A stretch of 60,110 bases of DNA, from IMG/VR virus record IMGVR_UViG_3300014656_000003, positions 1 to 60,110 of that record; one strand, written 5' to 3'. The translations under genes and the position numbers were made by a program. Positions 1-9,484 of this stretch are shown piece after piece (the stretch's first letter is position 1; each line of letters begins with the position of its first letter). Below the pieces are notes generated by a model that did not search any database, was not told the origin of the DNA, and was given only the letters and a program-made list of their open reading frames with translations. The DNA comes from a virus (Duplodnaviria; Caudoviricetes).

Positions 1-123
1 AGCCGCTAAGCCGACGGCCCCCGCGTAGGTATTATGCGTAACCGTAAAATCTCCGAGGAGAAAACGATGATTGCCATCCAATACAAAGCCGAAATATTCG
101 CCTTCTCCAATATGAACGATCTC
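1..123. repeat. Terminal direct repeat, copy 1 (circular-contig overlap)
   Basis: 1-123 is identical to 59988-60110, and the terL reading frame continues across the junction. Confidence 0.97.
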
Positions 124-1155
124 GCGTATGCCGGTAGTAAGCACATCTTTGAAAGGTTTTCGTTTCGGACACCTCTTTCTTGGTATCAATGCCGGAACGA
201 CGGACAGGTCGCCTGAAACGCCAACCTGATAATATTCGCCTTCGAAATCTATTACCTTAATCTTCTTCCTTACTTTTTTCATGTATGCCGCAAAACCTAA
301 AGATCGGCACAGGAAAAGCACATCTCTGGCCAGTGTTTTACTTTTAAAAATAAATTGGTAGCTGTTTCGGTTGACGTAACCATCCGAATCAGCGAGGCCG
401 GCCAGGAGACTTAAACGGAAACTTCTTGAATTTGCCTTAAAATCAATTGGTATATGTTTGTTTTTTATGAGATTATATCTTCTTAAGTCTTCGGTGAGCG
501 GATTGGTGATTCCCCCCTGATTCCCGTCGGAAAAAGCATAAGTGTCTGCCTGATTATCTTTTAATGGCCTTTTTTTTAGGCCGACCCCGATTTCTTTTGA
601 ATATCGCTGAAGGAATTGAATTATTTCCTTGTCAGGGGTTGTAATGGCAGGAAGATGAGAATGACCGTCGCCAAGCCAGATGCCAAGGAAATAGGGACCC
701 AACAGTGTTACCCTGGATGGAAAATCAACGGCGGATCGATACAGCTTGTGGATATTTCTGAAATTCTGGGAAGTTTTCAAATAATCATTCACCGAAATAT
801 GAATTACGGTTCCGGCAAGCCGGTCCGGTTTTTTTGTGGGGGTTCTTTTTAAACACAGGATATGTTCTCCGTTGGTTGCAAAGGGTTCCCCTTTTATGGG
901 CACAACCCTGTAAAGCTGTCCGTACCCGTGTCCGAGATTAAGGACATTCCTGGGCGTTCCGTCATCCCCCATAACACGGTCTCCCGCCCGGATATCCTCT
1001 ACATTCTTCAACGCCCCGTCATACATCAGGATTTTTGTACCCTTTTTTAGACATTTCCCCTCGCCCATGGGTCCAATGATCTGGACGATATGGGCGGCGG
1101 AGTCCACAAATTCCGTCTGGGTGGGTCCGAGACTTAATTCCAGATCCCCGGGCAT
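1..1155 (-). CDS. terL: Terminase large subunit, 5' part including intein; continues at 59987 down to 58644
   Basis: Manual translation from the ATG at 1155 (TAATG overlap with the terS stop): MPGDLELSLGPTQTEFVDSAAHIVQIIGPMGEGK|CLKKGTKILMYDG. Walker A GPMGEGK/T is split by an intein. Missed by the ORF track because it runs off the edge. Precursor is 832 aa. Confidence 0.93.
   Translation of the reverse strand, partial: MPGDLELSLGPTQTEFVDSAAHIVQIIGPMGEGKCLKKGTKILMYDGALKNVEDIRAGDRVMGDDGTPRNVLNLGHGYGQLYRVVPIKGEPFATNGEHILCLKRTPTKKPDRLAGTVIHISVNDYLKTSQNFRNIHKLYRSAVDFPSRVTLLGPYFLGIWLGDGHSHLPAITTPDKEIIQFLQRYSKEIGVGLKKRPLKDNQADTYAFSDGNQGGITNPLTEDLRRYNLIKNKHIPIDFKANSRSFRLSLLAGLADSDGYVNRNSYQFIFKSKTLARDVLFLCRSLGFAAYMKKVRKKIKVIDFEGEYYQVGVSGDLSVVPALIPRKRCPKRKPFKDVLTTGIREIVHIGEGEYFGFVLDGNHRFLLGDFTVTHNTYAGAVGLAA
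31..1053 (-). mobile_element. Intein (341 aa) with LAGLIDADG homing endonuclease in the TerL Walker A
   Basis: Starts CLKKGTKILMYDG and ends DGNHRFLLGDFTVTHN|T. Endonuclease blocks PYFLGIWLGDG and LLAGLADSDG. Lower GC than the flanks. Confidence 0.95.
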
Positions 1156-1826
1156 TATCCGCCCCCTCCTATCAGTGTGAACTTTCGGCCCTGCCTCTGG
1201 TCCCCGCCTTCGGGACTGCCGGACCGATCATCGTGTTTGCTGTACTTGATAATGATGTTCCCGCGTCTCTCGTCATCGATCACGCCCCCGTATCGGAGCT
1301 TGATCTCGATGAGGGAGGCCGTCATCTTCATGGCGTTGATGCGCTCCTTCTGGGTATTGATGTCCTCGAGTACCCATCCGGTGATCCGCTCGATCACAGC
1401 CTGGAGCTTTTCCTGCCTGATCTTGCCCGAGTGCCTGAAGGCCTCCTGAATTTCACCGGCCACCTCCTCCAGGGCGTTCGTGACCTTTTCCCACTTGGTG
1501 ATCCTCTCCGCTGTCCGGGCCGGGTCCTCACGGGCCCAGGCAAGCGCGATCCGCTCCATGTCCTCGAGGGCGTCCAGGTCTTTAGGGAGCTCCTTCAGGT
1601 TGTGATCGTGGAGGATCCGCCGGACCTCGTCCCCGGTCCGCTCACGATACTCCTTGAGCCACCGGGTGACGGTCGGTTGCGATATCTCAAAACCGTCGGC
1701 CTTTAGTACCCTGGAGATCTCCGTATCCGTCTTGCCTTCCTGGAAGGAGAGCTCCACGACCTTCGCGCCGAGGTTGAACTTATCTATTTTGGTGAGCCTA
1801 CCGCTTTTCTCGTCCATTTTTTCCAT
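1155..1826 (-). CDS. Probable terminase small subunit (N-terminal HTH)
   Basis: HTH-like TDTEISRVL...ISQPTVTRWL; translationally coupled directly upstream of terL. Confidence 0.75.
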   Translation of the reverse strand: MEKMDEKSGRLTKIDKFNLGAKVVELSFQEGKTDTEISRVLKADGFEISQPTVTRWLKEYRERTGDEVRRILHDHNLKELPKDLDALEDMERIALAWAREDPARTAERITKWEKVTNALEEVAGEIQEAFRHSGKIRQEKLQAVIERITGWVLEDINTQKERINAMKMTASLIEIKLRYGGVIDDERRGNIIIKYSKHDDRSGSPEGGDQRQGRKFTLIGGGG

Positions 1827-1909
1827 GATTCCACTGCAACCGGCATCTACGTTTTGATGCCCCTGCAGGCTACCATGCCTACCTGTTTTCCGCCTATTGC
1901 GATCAGGGC

Positions 1910-1966
1910 AAATAAAAAGGGCGGCAGGTGAGAGTGCTCACCCACTTACTGTCGCCCTTTTTATTT
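1910..1966 (-). terminator. Intrinsic terminator-like hairpin upstream of the late operon
   Basis: Minus strand AAAAAGGGCGACAG...TGCCGCCCTTTTTATTT, with an inner GGTGAG/CTCACC stem. Confidence 0.7.
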
Positions 1967-2279
1967 CTTGGCCCGTCCGAAGGTAGCCATCCCCGAACAG
2001 GAACCCAGGTAACAGTCTTTAGGAGGAAAATTACAGTGTGGAGTCTAACACGGTTTTAAAAGATTTCTTCTTTACTGAAAGGCAGGTTCTACAAGAAGTG
2101 TTAAAAAAGCGCAAAACGGCGCTTATCGGCGCATAGTCTCTTGACATATATTACAAAAAAACAGTTGACAATGATTTTTAGGCACCCATGGCTCCATTCA
2201 TCATAGTCGGATTATCTGAATAAAAAAGGCGGGCCGGCGCCGCACCCGCCATTAGATTCATGGTTTACGCCGTATAATG

Positions 2280-2594
2280 CTATCTGTTGACGTCCCTCAA
2301 TACAGTATAAACCTCAACAGCCTTTAGCCTGCTGAAAAGGGCGGCCGTTGTGATCATACGCACGAACCCTCGCTCTATGGGCTGCAAGTCTCTTTCTTTC
2401 TTTACGATATCCTCGATAACCCGCTCACACAACCACCCATCCCGGCCGTCATTCTGGGTTGCATATTCCATGGCCATCATCCCGTAGTGCAGCCCTACAT
2501 GATAATCCTTTAAAAAATCCCCGTTTTTCTGCACACACCAGAAATTCCCTTGCCGGGCGCTGTTATTCACGAAAGGAAGCTCTTCGATGATCAT
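2280..2594 (-). CDS. Hypothetical protein
   Basis: 104-aa ORF with an ATGA overlap with the antirepressor gene. Confidence 0.7.
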   Translation of the reverse strand: MIIEELPFVNNSARQGNFWCVQKNGDFLKDYHVGLHYGMMAMEYATQNDGRDGWLCERVIEDIVKKERDLQPIERGFVRMITTAALFSRLKAVEVYTVLRDVNR

Positions 2595-3562
2595 AGCGCG
2601 TCACCCCCTTTCACGGCTCCGGTATCGACCGGGATGTATCTGAGGCCGATGCCGGTAAAATGTACCAGGCGCTTCCCCCCGTAAACACATTTTTTAGCCT
2701 TGGGGACCATCCGTATAATAAATCTGTAAAACCAGGTCCTTCCGAGCATAGGGCGTTTTTTTAATCGGCACCAGACCTTGAATTGTTCATAAAGATGAGT
2801 CGTTTGAACCACCCGCCCCTCGCCCAACAGGCAATGCTCGCGGACGAATAAGGCTACGTCTTCCGTCTCCGGCATAATGGCATAAACATCCCCCGCGTTG
2901 AGCGCGGGCTGTATATCCGCCATGAGTATCCGGTCCAGATCCGCAACCGCATTTATCCCGGCATCTCCGGGACTTATCGGATCAAAGGAGATCCCGGAGG
3001 CCTTCAGGATATCGTCGATCCGGGCCAGCCTCTTGAGCCCGACTCCGAATGCCGACCCCGCCTGCTGCCGGGTCAACCCCGCCTTCCTGAACTTGATGAT
3101 CTGAGCGACATCCTTCACCGGCACCCCCGTCTCCGCCGACGCCCTGGCAACGGCCAACCCTTTCCGGAGACCGGCGGCCTGGGCGGAAGGGAATGCATGA
3201 ACACCCGGGAAAAAGTGAGGGGATGCCTTAAGCCGCCGTTCGCACTCGATAAAATACTTCCTCGCCTCTCGTCCCTTCTCGTTTCGCTCAACCATGGCCA
3301 GCTCCTTGGCCATGTCCAGGGAAATGTGGTACTCGCTTGTGGGTCGGCCTCCGCTGGGAAGGTTTTTCTCATTTTTGAGAAAAACTACAAAGTCCTCGTT
3401 TTCCTTGAATAAATATTCATCTACCCTTCTTTTTAACCAGTCCTGATATTTACTGTTTACCCCCAGAAATTCATGAAGCTCCCGGGCATTCACCGTGGGG
3501 ATCTCCGCCCCCGAAACCACCGACATCCCCGTGGGGATCAACTCGCTTGTGTCTTCTTTCAT
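2591..3562 (-). CDS. AntA/AntB-family antirepressor with C-terminal D5/P4-primase-like winged helix
   Basis: VNARELHEFLGV...EYHISLDMAKELAMVERNEKGREARKYFIECE is the AntA signature. GGAGG RBS. The C-terminus resembles that of 6783..8231. Confidence 0.88.
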   Translation of the reverse strand: MKEDTSELIPTGMSVVSGAEIPTVNARELHEFLGVNSKYQDWLKRRVDEYLFKENEDFVVFLKNEKNLPSGGRPTSEYHISLDMAKELAMVERNEKGREARKYFIECERRLKASPHFFPGVHAFPSAQAAGLRKGLAVARASAETGVPVKDVAQIIKFRKAGLTRQQAGSAFGVGLKRLARIDDILKASGISFDPISPGDAGINAVADLDRILMADIQPALNAGDVYAIMPETEDVALFVREHCLLGEGRVVQTTHLYEQFKVWCRLKKRPMLGRTWFYRFIIRMVPKAKKCVYGGKRLVHFTGIGLRYIPVDTGAVKGGDAL

Positions 3563-3603
3563 ACTGTTACCTCCATAGGTTTGATTTTTTGAGCCAAAAA
3601 AAA

Positions 3604-3669
3604 CGGCCCGACTGAAATCAACGCCTATGGAGCGCTCCGGCCCTTACGGGTTCCCGGTCAGTCGAGCCG
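3604..3669 (-). ncRNA. c4-like antisense RNA
   Basis: Closing stem CGGCTCGACTGA/TCAGTCGGGCCG followed by a U-tract; inner CCC-GTAA-GGG GNRA hairpin; segment CTCCATAGGCGTTGATTT complementary to sites at 3571-3587 (ant RBS) and 3740-3753. Confidence 0.8.
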
Positions 3670-3759
3670 ACAATAAACGGCTTAATTTAAATCATCCCCC
3701 CTTTCGCGATTATTTCCGGTATCGCGGGTTGGAGTCACCCCATAGGTTTGATTAACTCC

Positions 3760-3788
3760 ATTATCAAAAACTGGCTGCGATTTGTCAA
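3760..3788 (-). promoter_or_regulatory. Sigma70-type promoter of the c4-ant operon
   Basis: TTGACA-N17-GATAAT. Confidence 0.8.
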
Positions 3789-3821
3789 GTCTTTTTTAAG
3801 CCCTGTTTAAAAAAGCATGAT

Positions 3822-4382
3822 CTACCATAAACTTCGTTCTATACCCCCTAGGGTATTCAACAATTGAGTGTTGAAATTTTGCCTATTCATCGCATCTGAG
3901 GTTCTTTGAATTTCATTCACCATATTAAAAAAAGTAGCATCCTGCGATGCCTCCAATCGCTGATGTTCCTTCATAACCCCTATCAACCATTTTCTATATT
4001 CTTCTATTTTTATTCTAAAAACCTCAGCTCCTTTTCTGTATTTATTTATCGCCTCATAATTTCGTTGAAGTCTTTTAAATTCCCCTACTTGGCCTAAAGA
4101 CAAGGAACCCAAAAAAAACTCGTATGAATCCCTATTTTTATATTTATTATATAAATCCATTTTATCGATTTGATGATAAGTCAAATTATAATGGAAATCA
4201 TTCCAGTCTTCCGATAAGTCACCGCTTAATTTATCGTAATGTTTTAACCACTTATTAAGCTCTTCACATAATAACTTATAATCATTAATTCTCTGATCCC
4301 GGAGTTCCCGCGCCCGTTTCCATTGGTTCACACAGCCAAATAAAAAAAGGACCAATAAGCAAAAAACTATCTTTTTATACAT
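3822..4382 (-). CDS. Predicted lipoprotein, coiled-coil
   Basis: MYKKIVFCLLVLFLFG-C lipobox; AT-rich. Confidence 0.7.
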   Translation of the reverse strand: MYKKIVFCLLVLFLFGCVNQWKRARELRDQRINDYKLLCEELNKWLKHYDKLSGDLSEDWNDFHYNLTYHQIDKMDLYNKYKNRDSYEFFLGSLSLGQVGEFKRLQRNYEAINKYRKGAEVFRIKIEEYRKWLIGVMKEHQRLEASQDATFFNMVNEIQRTSDAMNRQNFNTQLLNTLGGIERSLW

Positions 4383-4600
4383 ATTCCCCTCCTCTCATTT
4401 AAATGTAATACCCATCCCTCTCTCATTTTTTTATGATAACAGGCCTTACAACCCCAGAACGAAGACTTCGGGCCACCACTGGATAAAGGTATCCATTCAT
4501 TCAAGTTACCGCATTCACAGTGACTATACAGCACTGGCGGGTCCGGGCAAAAAATAAAGGTTTCTGTGTGATTATCATCCATATTAATTTCCTCACCCAC
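4367..4600 (-). CDS. Small Cys-rich hypothetical protein
   Basis: CECG and CKAC motifs; overlaps neighbouring genes in an operon. Confidence 0.55.
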   Translation of the reverse strand: MGEEINMDDNHTETFIFCPDPPVLYSHCECGNLNEWIPLSSGGPKSSFWGCKACYHKKMREGWVLHLNERRGICIKR

Positions 4601-4970
4601 CTATCTTCTTTATATCATCTATTCTGCCATTCTTCACCGCGATCGAATAACCATATTCTTTGATTTCAAGTTTATGAGACCTTAGAGGCGGAGGGTAGGC
4701 CCCTAGAGATTCTATCCTCTGTCGCCATATAGGTGAATTCTCGTCGATCTCACCGGAATTCGGCAAATGAAAAGCAAATTTACATTCCAGGCAAACATGC
4801 TCATTTTCGACATAATAGTCATATCCATCACCAGCCCACACTCCTTTATGGCCACAATTTGGACAAAAAGTATCCGGTAAAAATTCCCATGTTTCAGGAT
4901 ATTCGTGCGACCATACTTTCTTACCTCTTATGATTTTTTCGTTATATCTTAGATTAAAGCTCTTTTTCAT
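4593..4970 (-). CDS. Zn-ribbon hypothetical protein
   Basis: CPNC...CLEC. Confidence 0.65.
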   Translation of the reverse strand: MKKSFNLRYNEKIIRGKKVWSHEYPETWEFLPDTFCPNCGHKGVWAGDGYDYYVENEHVCLECKFAFHLPNSGEIDENSPIWRQRIESLGAYPPPLRSHKLEIKEYGYSIAVKNGRIDDIKKIGG

Positions 4971-5339
4971 TTACCCCGCCCGTCCTGGCACATAGACCCA
5001 TTTAACAATAACAATCAGAAAAGCTCCGACACCGGCAACCACAAACCCGCCCCAGTCATCATGCCACAGGGCCTCATAAAGCCCCACGCCCCCGATGCCG
5101 GCCCCGATCACTATGGAAAGATAGCCGGGGAGGTTGCCGATGCCTCTCCCGCCGGTGACCCGGCTGATGAGATACCCGATGCCGAAAAAAATAGAGATGA
5201 TAAAACAGAACCCATATCCCACCGTAAAGGACATCTTTATAAACTCCCGGTGATCGGGGAAAAGAACATATCCCGTGGGAGCTAAAAGCATAATAATTAC
5301 AAACACCCATGCCCCATCCCTGAACTTCATTCGCTCCAT
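4971..5339 (-). CDS. Membrane protein (about 4 TM segments)
   Basis: Four hydrophobic segments; abuts the next ORF. Confidence 0.7.
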   Translation of the reverse strand: MERMKFRDGAWVFVIIMLLAPTGYVLFPDHREFIKMSFTVGYGFCFIISIFFGIGYLISRVTGGRGIGNLPGYLSIVIGAGIGGVGLYEALWHDDWGGFVVAGVGAFLIVIVKWVYVPGRAG

Positions 5340-5977
5340 TCAAACCCCCTTCCCCCATCATTTATTGTACAGGCTGTCTACTGATCTTAAAATAACAACC
5401 CCCGGGTAAAATGTCACTGAAAAATTTTTCAGGGAAATTTTATACGGGGGCCTAGTTGATAGAGGGGGGCTGGGACTCCGGTCCACGGGTTTTGGGATTT
5501 TGGCTTTCCTTTTTATCATTTCACCCTCATCGCCGAGTCCTCATTTCCTTGTCATCACCAGCCGAAAAAGAAATCCCGCATCCCGCGGCCTCCCGCCCGG
5601 ATCACCGAGTCCGGTCCCGGAATACATCCCCCAAACTCCGGTCCACGGAATCCGAGCTGCCCCTGGCCGGGCGATAAAATCGCCGATAACCGGCCAGAAC
5701 CGCCTCCGGAAAATGGCCAATTGCAACGGTTTAGTTTACACAATAGAGGTTATCGGACGTACTTTTTTTCACAAGCTCGATCTGGCGGAGCCTGGGCGAG
5801 GATACCGGAGAAAAAAACCACTGTAAGTCCGGCTGTATAAAAAAACCACTGATTCGCTCTATTCCCCTGTAACCGGCCATCTCCGCCCCTAATCCCATTT
5901 CGATGATTATCGAATTAAAGGATACGCGAGTATCCCCGAGATATCCCTGATAAATCGACGCTTATCAAGATTCACCT

Positions 5978-6196
5978 TTATCCGAGACCAGGCCGAGATC
6001 CAACTCCAGTCGTGCTGAGGACCTCCACAATATCCCCAGCCCGTTCTGTCGGTGCTTCCTGTAGCAGCCTCAATTCCTTCCCGATTGCAAGCAGGGTTTT
6101 GACTTTCTGTTCTGAGCTGCCGGGTGGGTGCCGGTCCGTATCACCCATCGCTTCACACAACATCTCTTCCGCTTTTTTCAATTCCTCATTTACCAT
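5978..6196 (-). CDS. Hypothetical protein
   Basis: 72-aa ORF with a GGAGG RBS. Confidence 0.5.
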   Translation of the reverse strand: MVNEELKKAEEMLCEAMGDTDRHPPGSSEQKVKTLLAIGKELRLLQEAPTERAGDIVEVLSTTGVGSRPGLG

Positions 6197-6428
6197 TTCA
6201 TCCCTCCATTTAATTCATTTTAAATAGTTTATGTGTTATCAGCCACTTGGCCCTGCCTTCGGGCTCCCCTCCTCCCCCCTTATATCCCAAATTGCCGAGC
6301 AAACCTGCTCTTTCGCCTGGCGGTCATCTCGCCGGCGGCCGGCGCCAAACCTGCATCCTGCACACGCATACCAGTATTTTAATCATAAACTTGACTCCAC
6401 TTGACTATAGACCTCAAAGATATTGGAT

Positions 6429-6690
6429 CTCCAGGGTGAGAGGGTTTTTACTCCAGGGTGAGAGGGTTTCACCCAAACCCTCTCACCCTACCGGCAAAAC
6501 CCTCTCACCCCCCCCATCCTGAAAAGCCTATTAATAGTGGATATCCACTCTTGCACATCCAAAAACCTCGAAGGGTGAGAGGAAAGAGAGGGTTTTTCCC
6601 TCCCTTCGCACGTGAGTAAAATAGTGGTTAAAAAATAATATATATAAAGGAATAGAAAAAACCCTCTCTTTCCTCTCACCCTCTCACCCC
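6429..6690. promoter_or_regulatory. Putative replication origin (iterons plus inverted repeat)
   Basis: CTCCAGGGTGAGAGGGTTT x2 (6429, 6451); inverted AAACCCTCTCACCC x2 (6475, 6497); perfect 26-bp inverted repeat 6572-6597/6657-6682 around an AT-rich core; lies just downstream of the primase-helicase. Confidence 0.7.
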
Positions 6691-6782
6691 TTTTCCGAAG
6701 TACAAGTTGAGCAATTTTGAAAAGTGTGAAGGGGGACGAGGGGAAAAAAGCAAAAAAAAATAAAACCCGGGTCTGATTGATC

Positions 6783-9350
6783 TCAACCGGCATCGCCTAT
6801 CACCTCCGGTGCGAGTTGTATTCCTATCAATTTAGAGGTCCTTCGCTTACCTTGTATCCGTTTTTCCACATTAAAATGCTGTTTTAATTGTCGATACAAT
6901 AGCGTCATTGAAATCGCAGAGTGTCCGTGTTTCTTGCACCAGTCCTGATAGTCCTCGTATAAATCCTTTGACGACATCATGTATTTCTCGCCTATGTCAC
7001 AATTCTCCTCAATATATATCAAAAGGGGATTGAGGTTAGCCATAAAGTTCCTGGTGTCCTTCTTGACATCCTCACCGACCTTAAACCCATGATCCTTAAG
7101 TAGATATCCGAGCCCGGCCAACATCCACATAAAAATTCCATCCTTTTCCTCTATTAATTTTGCCATCAGATTCTCATCCGTGTCCGGGGCTCCCTCCTCA
7201 AATCGTCGGTTATGTTGTAGGACAATAGGCCTACGCATGAAACCGTGGGACTTATCGGTTATCATTGGAGGAGTATTCATCGTGAAAATAAACTTACAGT
7301 AAGGGCGAAACTGATAGGGTATGCCGTATTTTCGCTCCGCCTTCACCAGGTCTCCGGACGAGGCTTTCTTGAAAGTGTTTGTCGCTGCTGGCTTTTTCGT
7401 CTCGATCTCGGTCGCTACATTGATCATCTTACCTTCCATCATCGAAATATTGAACTTTTCTGCCAGATCGTCCATATCAAGCGAGCTGGCATTCTCTTCC
7501 CCGATTATATCCACGAGTATATCCACGATCCGGGACTTGCCGTTGGCACCATCGCCCACTAAGAACAAGGCTTTTTGAAAACGGCTGTCCGGTAATAGAC
7601 AATAACCGAAATATTTTTGTAGGATAATAAATTTAGTATTTCCGGGTTCCGGATAGACCTCCTGACCAAAATCCAGCCATCTGTCTGTTTTTTCCAGGTT
7701 TGCCCAGTCATAATTGCATTTAACCTGACAGCGGGATCCATATTTAGGGTCATGCGGGAAAATCTCTCCGGTTTTCAGCTCGATCATCCCGGAAAGACAA
7801 TTAACAAAACCCGGGTCTGTATACCAGTTCCACCATTCTTTATTGACCATGCCCTTCAGGCCATCGATCGCTTCTTTGACATTTCCTATCCGCAGCTTGT
7901 TTTTCATGGCCACCACGGCTGCCTGGAAAATGCTCGACTCGGGAAAATCAGTCCACACCCCGTGCTGATATTTCCACCAGGCCTCAGCGGTGAACGTGAT
8001 CGGGCTTAAATATGCCATTAGATATTTTGCCAAAAGTTCCGGTTGAAATAACGGTTTCTTGACTTCGACACGAAAAAACATCCTCGGATCAACATCAAGG
8101 GGAGGGGGAAACGGGGAGTCGAGGACCTCGAAGGCGGGTTCATAAGGGACAATGATGCTGTCGAGTTCTTTCTCCTCATCTCGGCCTGCTGAGGAGTCCC
8201 CTGCAGCGCGATCCGGGTCATACCCCGTCATGAATTCCTTAAGAGACTTGTCTCCGGAGATCTTCGCTCGGGCATCCTTCCAGGTGTAGTGCCTGCAGGA
8301 ATCATGTTTGCATTTATAGAATAGGAATGGATATGTAGTCTTTTGGTGTATTGCAGCCTCACCGCCCCGGTGATTCTCATCAAAAAGTCAATCATGGAGG
8401 ATATACATATCCCCGGTACGTCCATCATCCGGCTTGAACTTATATTGCTTCCCGTAATGATCTAGGTACCGGTCGACGTGAAAGGTACCCCAGTCACCCT
8501 TCTTTATTTTTTTAGCGCCAGTGGTCTGTTTAGGGGGAGATGAGGGGACGGGAAGAGAGCCTGCCGGCGCCAGGGCGGACAGGTCTTGCAGTTTCTTTGC
8601 CGGCGATCGGGAAACATTACCAAATTTTGCGGGCTGCCCTTTGTGTAAAAAACTTTTTCGGTACGGTCGGTCCTCGGTATGGTCGCCTTTTCTCGCTATG
8701 GTGCCGTACAATTTCGCAATTCTGGCCGGGTTGAAGTTCTCCCGGTCGATTTCAACCTTGTCATTTCCCTTGAATTTCTCAGCGATGGCAACCAGGGCCC
8801 GCTTTATAAGCTGGACGTTCTCCGCGGTATTTTCCATCCCCTCGAGGGGATATTGGAGATGAAAACCGTTCCCGGATACGGCGCGGATCCCTGGGGCCCA
8901 CCCCAGCTCACCTTCGAGCCAGGCGGCCACTTCTCGGGCGAGATCTTCGGCGTTTTTCATCTCCTCGTCTGTGCTACTGATACCGCTCACCTTTTCATAT
9001 TTTCCGGGTGAGATCTCTGCCTTTGGATCGAAATCAACGTACAACCATCTAATGATAGCGATGTTAGCGTCTGTCGTTGTGTTTATGCCGGCCTTCAGCT
9101 TGTTGGGTGATCTTGCGAGGAGGGGAGGGGGGCAGGGGTTGAGGGTGAAATAGACGCCCAGGGCGCCGGCGTCATCCAGGGTTTTGGCCGCCTTGGCGAA
9201 ATCTACTGCATTGTTGAAATACCCTGCAACTACTGGTTTTGCACCATAAGCACTGCCTTCCCAGTGCTTGCTCGTGCCGCGGATCCCCCCGATCGCTCGA
9301 ATCTCAACTATTTCCCCGGGATTAAAGAACAGTTCATATACTCGTTTCAC
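6783..9350 (-). CDS. Primase-polymerase-like / Zn-finger / D5 (P4-family) SF3 helicase fusion, 855 codons with one in-frame TGA at 8388-8390
   Basis: ORFs 8388..9350 (YVDFD, SGNGFHL: AEP-like) and 6783..8231 (GDGANGKS Walker A, KFIFTMN) are in the same frame. The linker is open after the TGA: HD*LFDENH...CKHDSC...WKDAR. Confidence 0.85.
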
Positions 9351-9484
9351 CGCTTAGGTCTCCGTTTATTCTGCTTGTTTTTTATCCCATACCTAACCCT
9401 GGACCGGACCTGGATCGTCGATTCTCGTGGCGTTCAGGCGGTCAGATTGCCACCATTTCATTGACATATTACCGTTAGGATGTT

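Noticed and set aside
7505-7530. TATCCAC repeats as DnaA boxes
   Set aside because: Imperfect, inside the helicase coding sequence, and explained by the repeated peptide IVDILVDI.
8228-8428. 66-aa ORF or programmed frameshift linking primase and helicase
   Set aside because: The two large ORFs are already in the same frame, and the Zn-finger-like motif lies in that frame.
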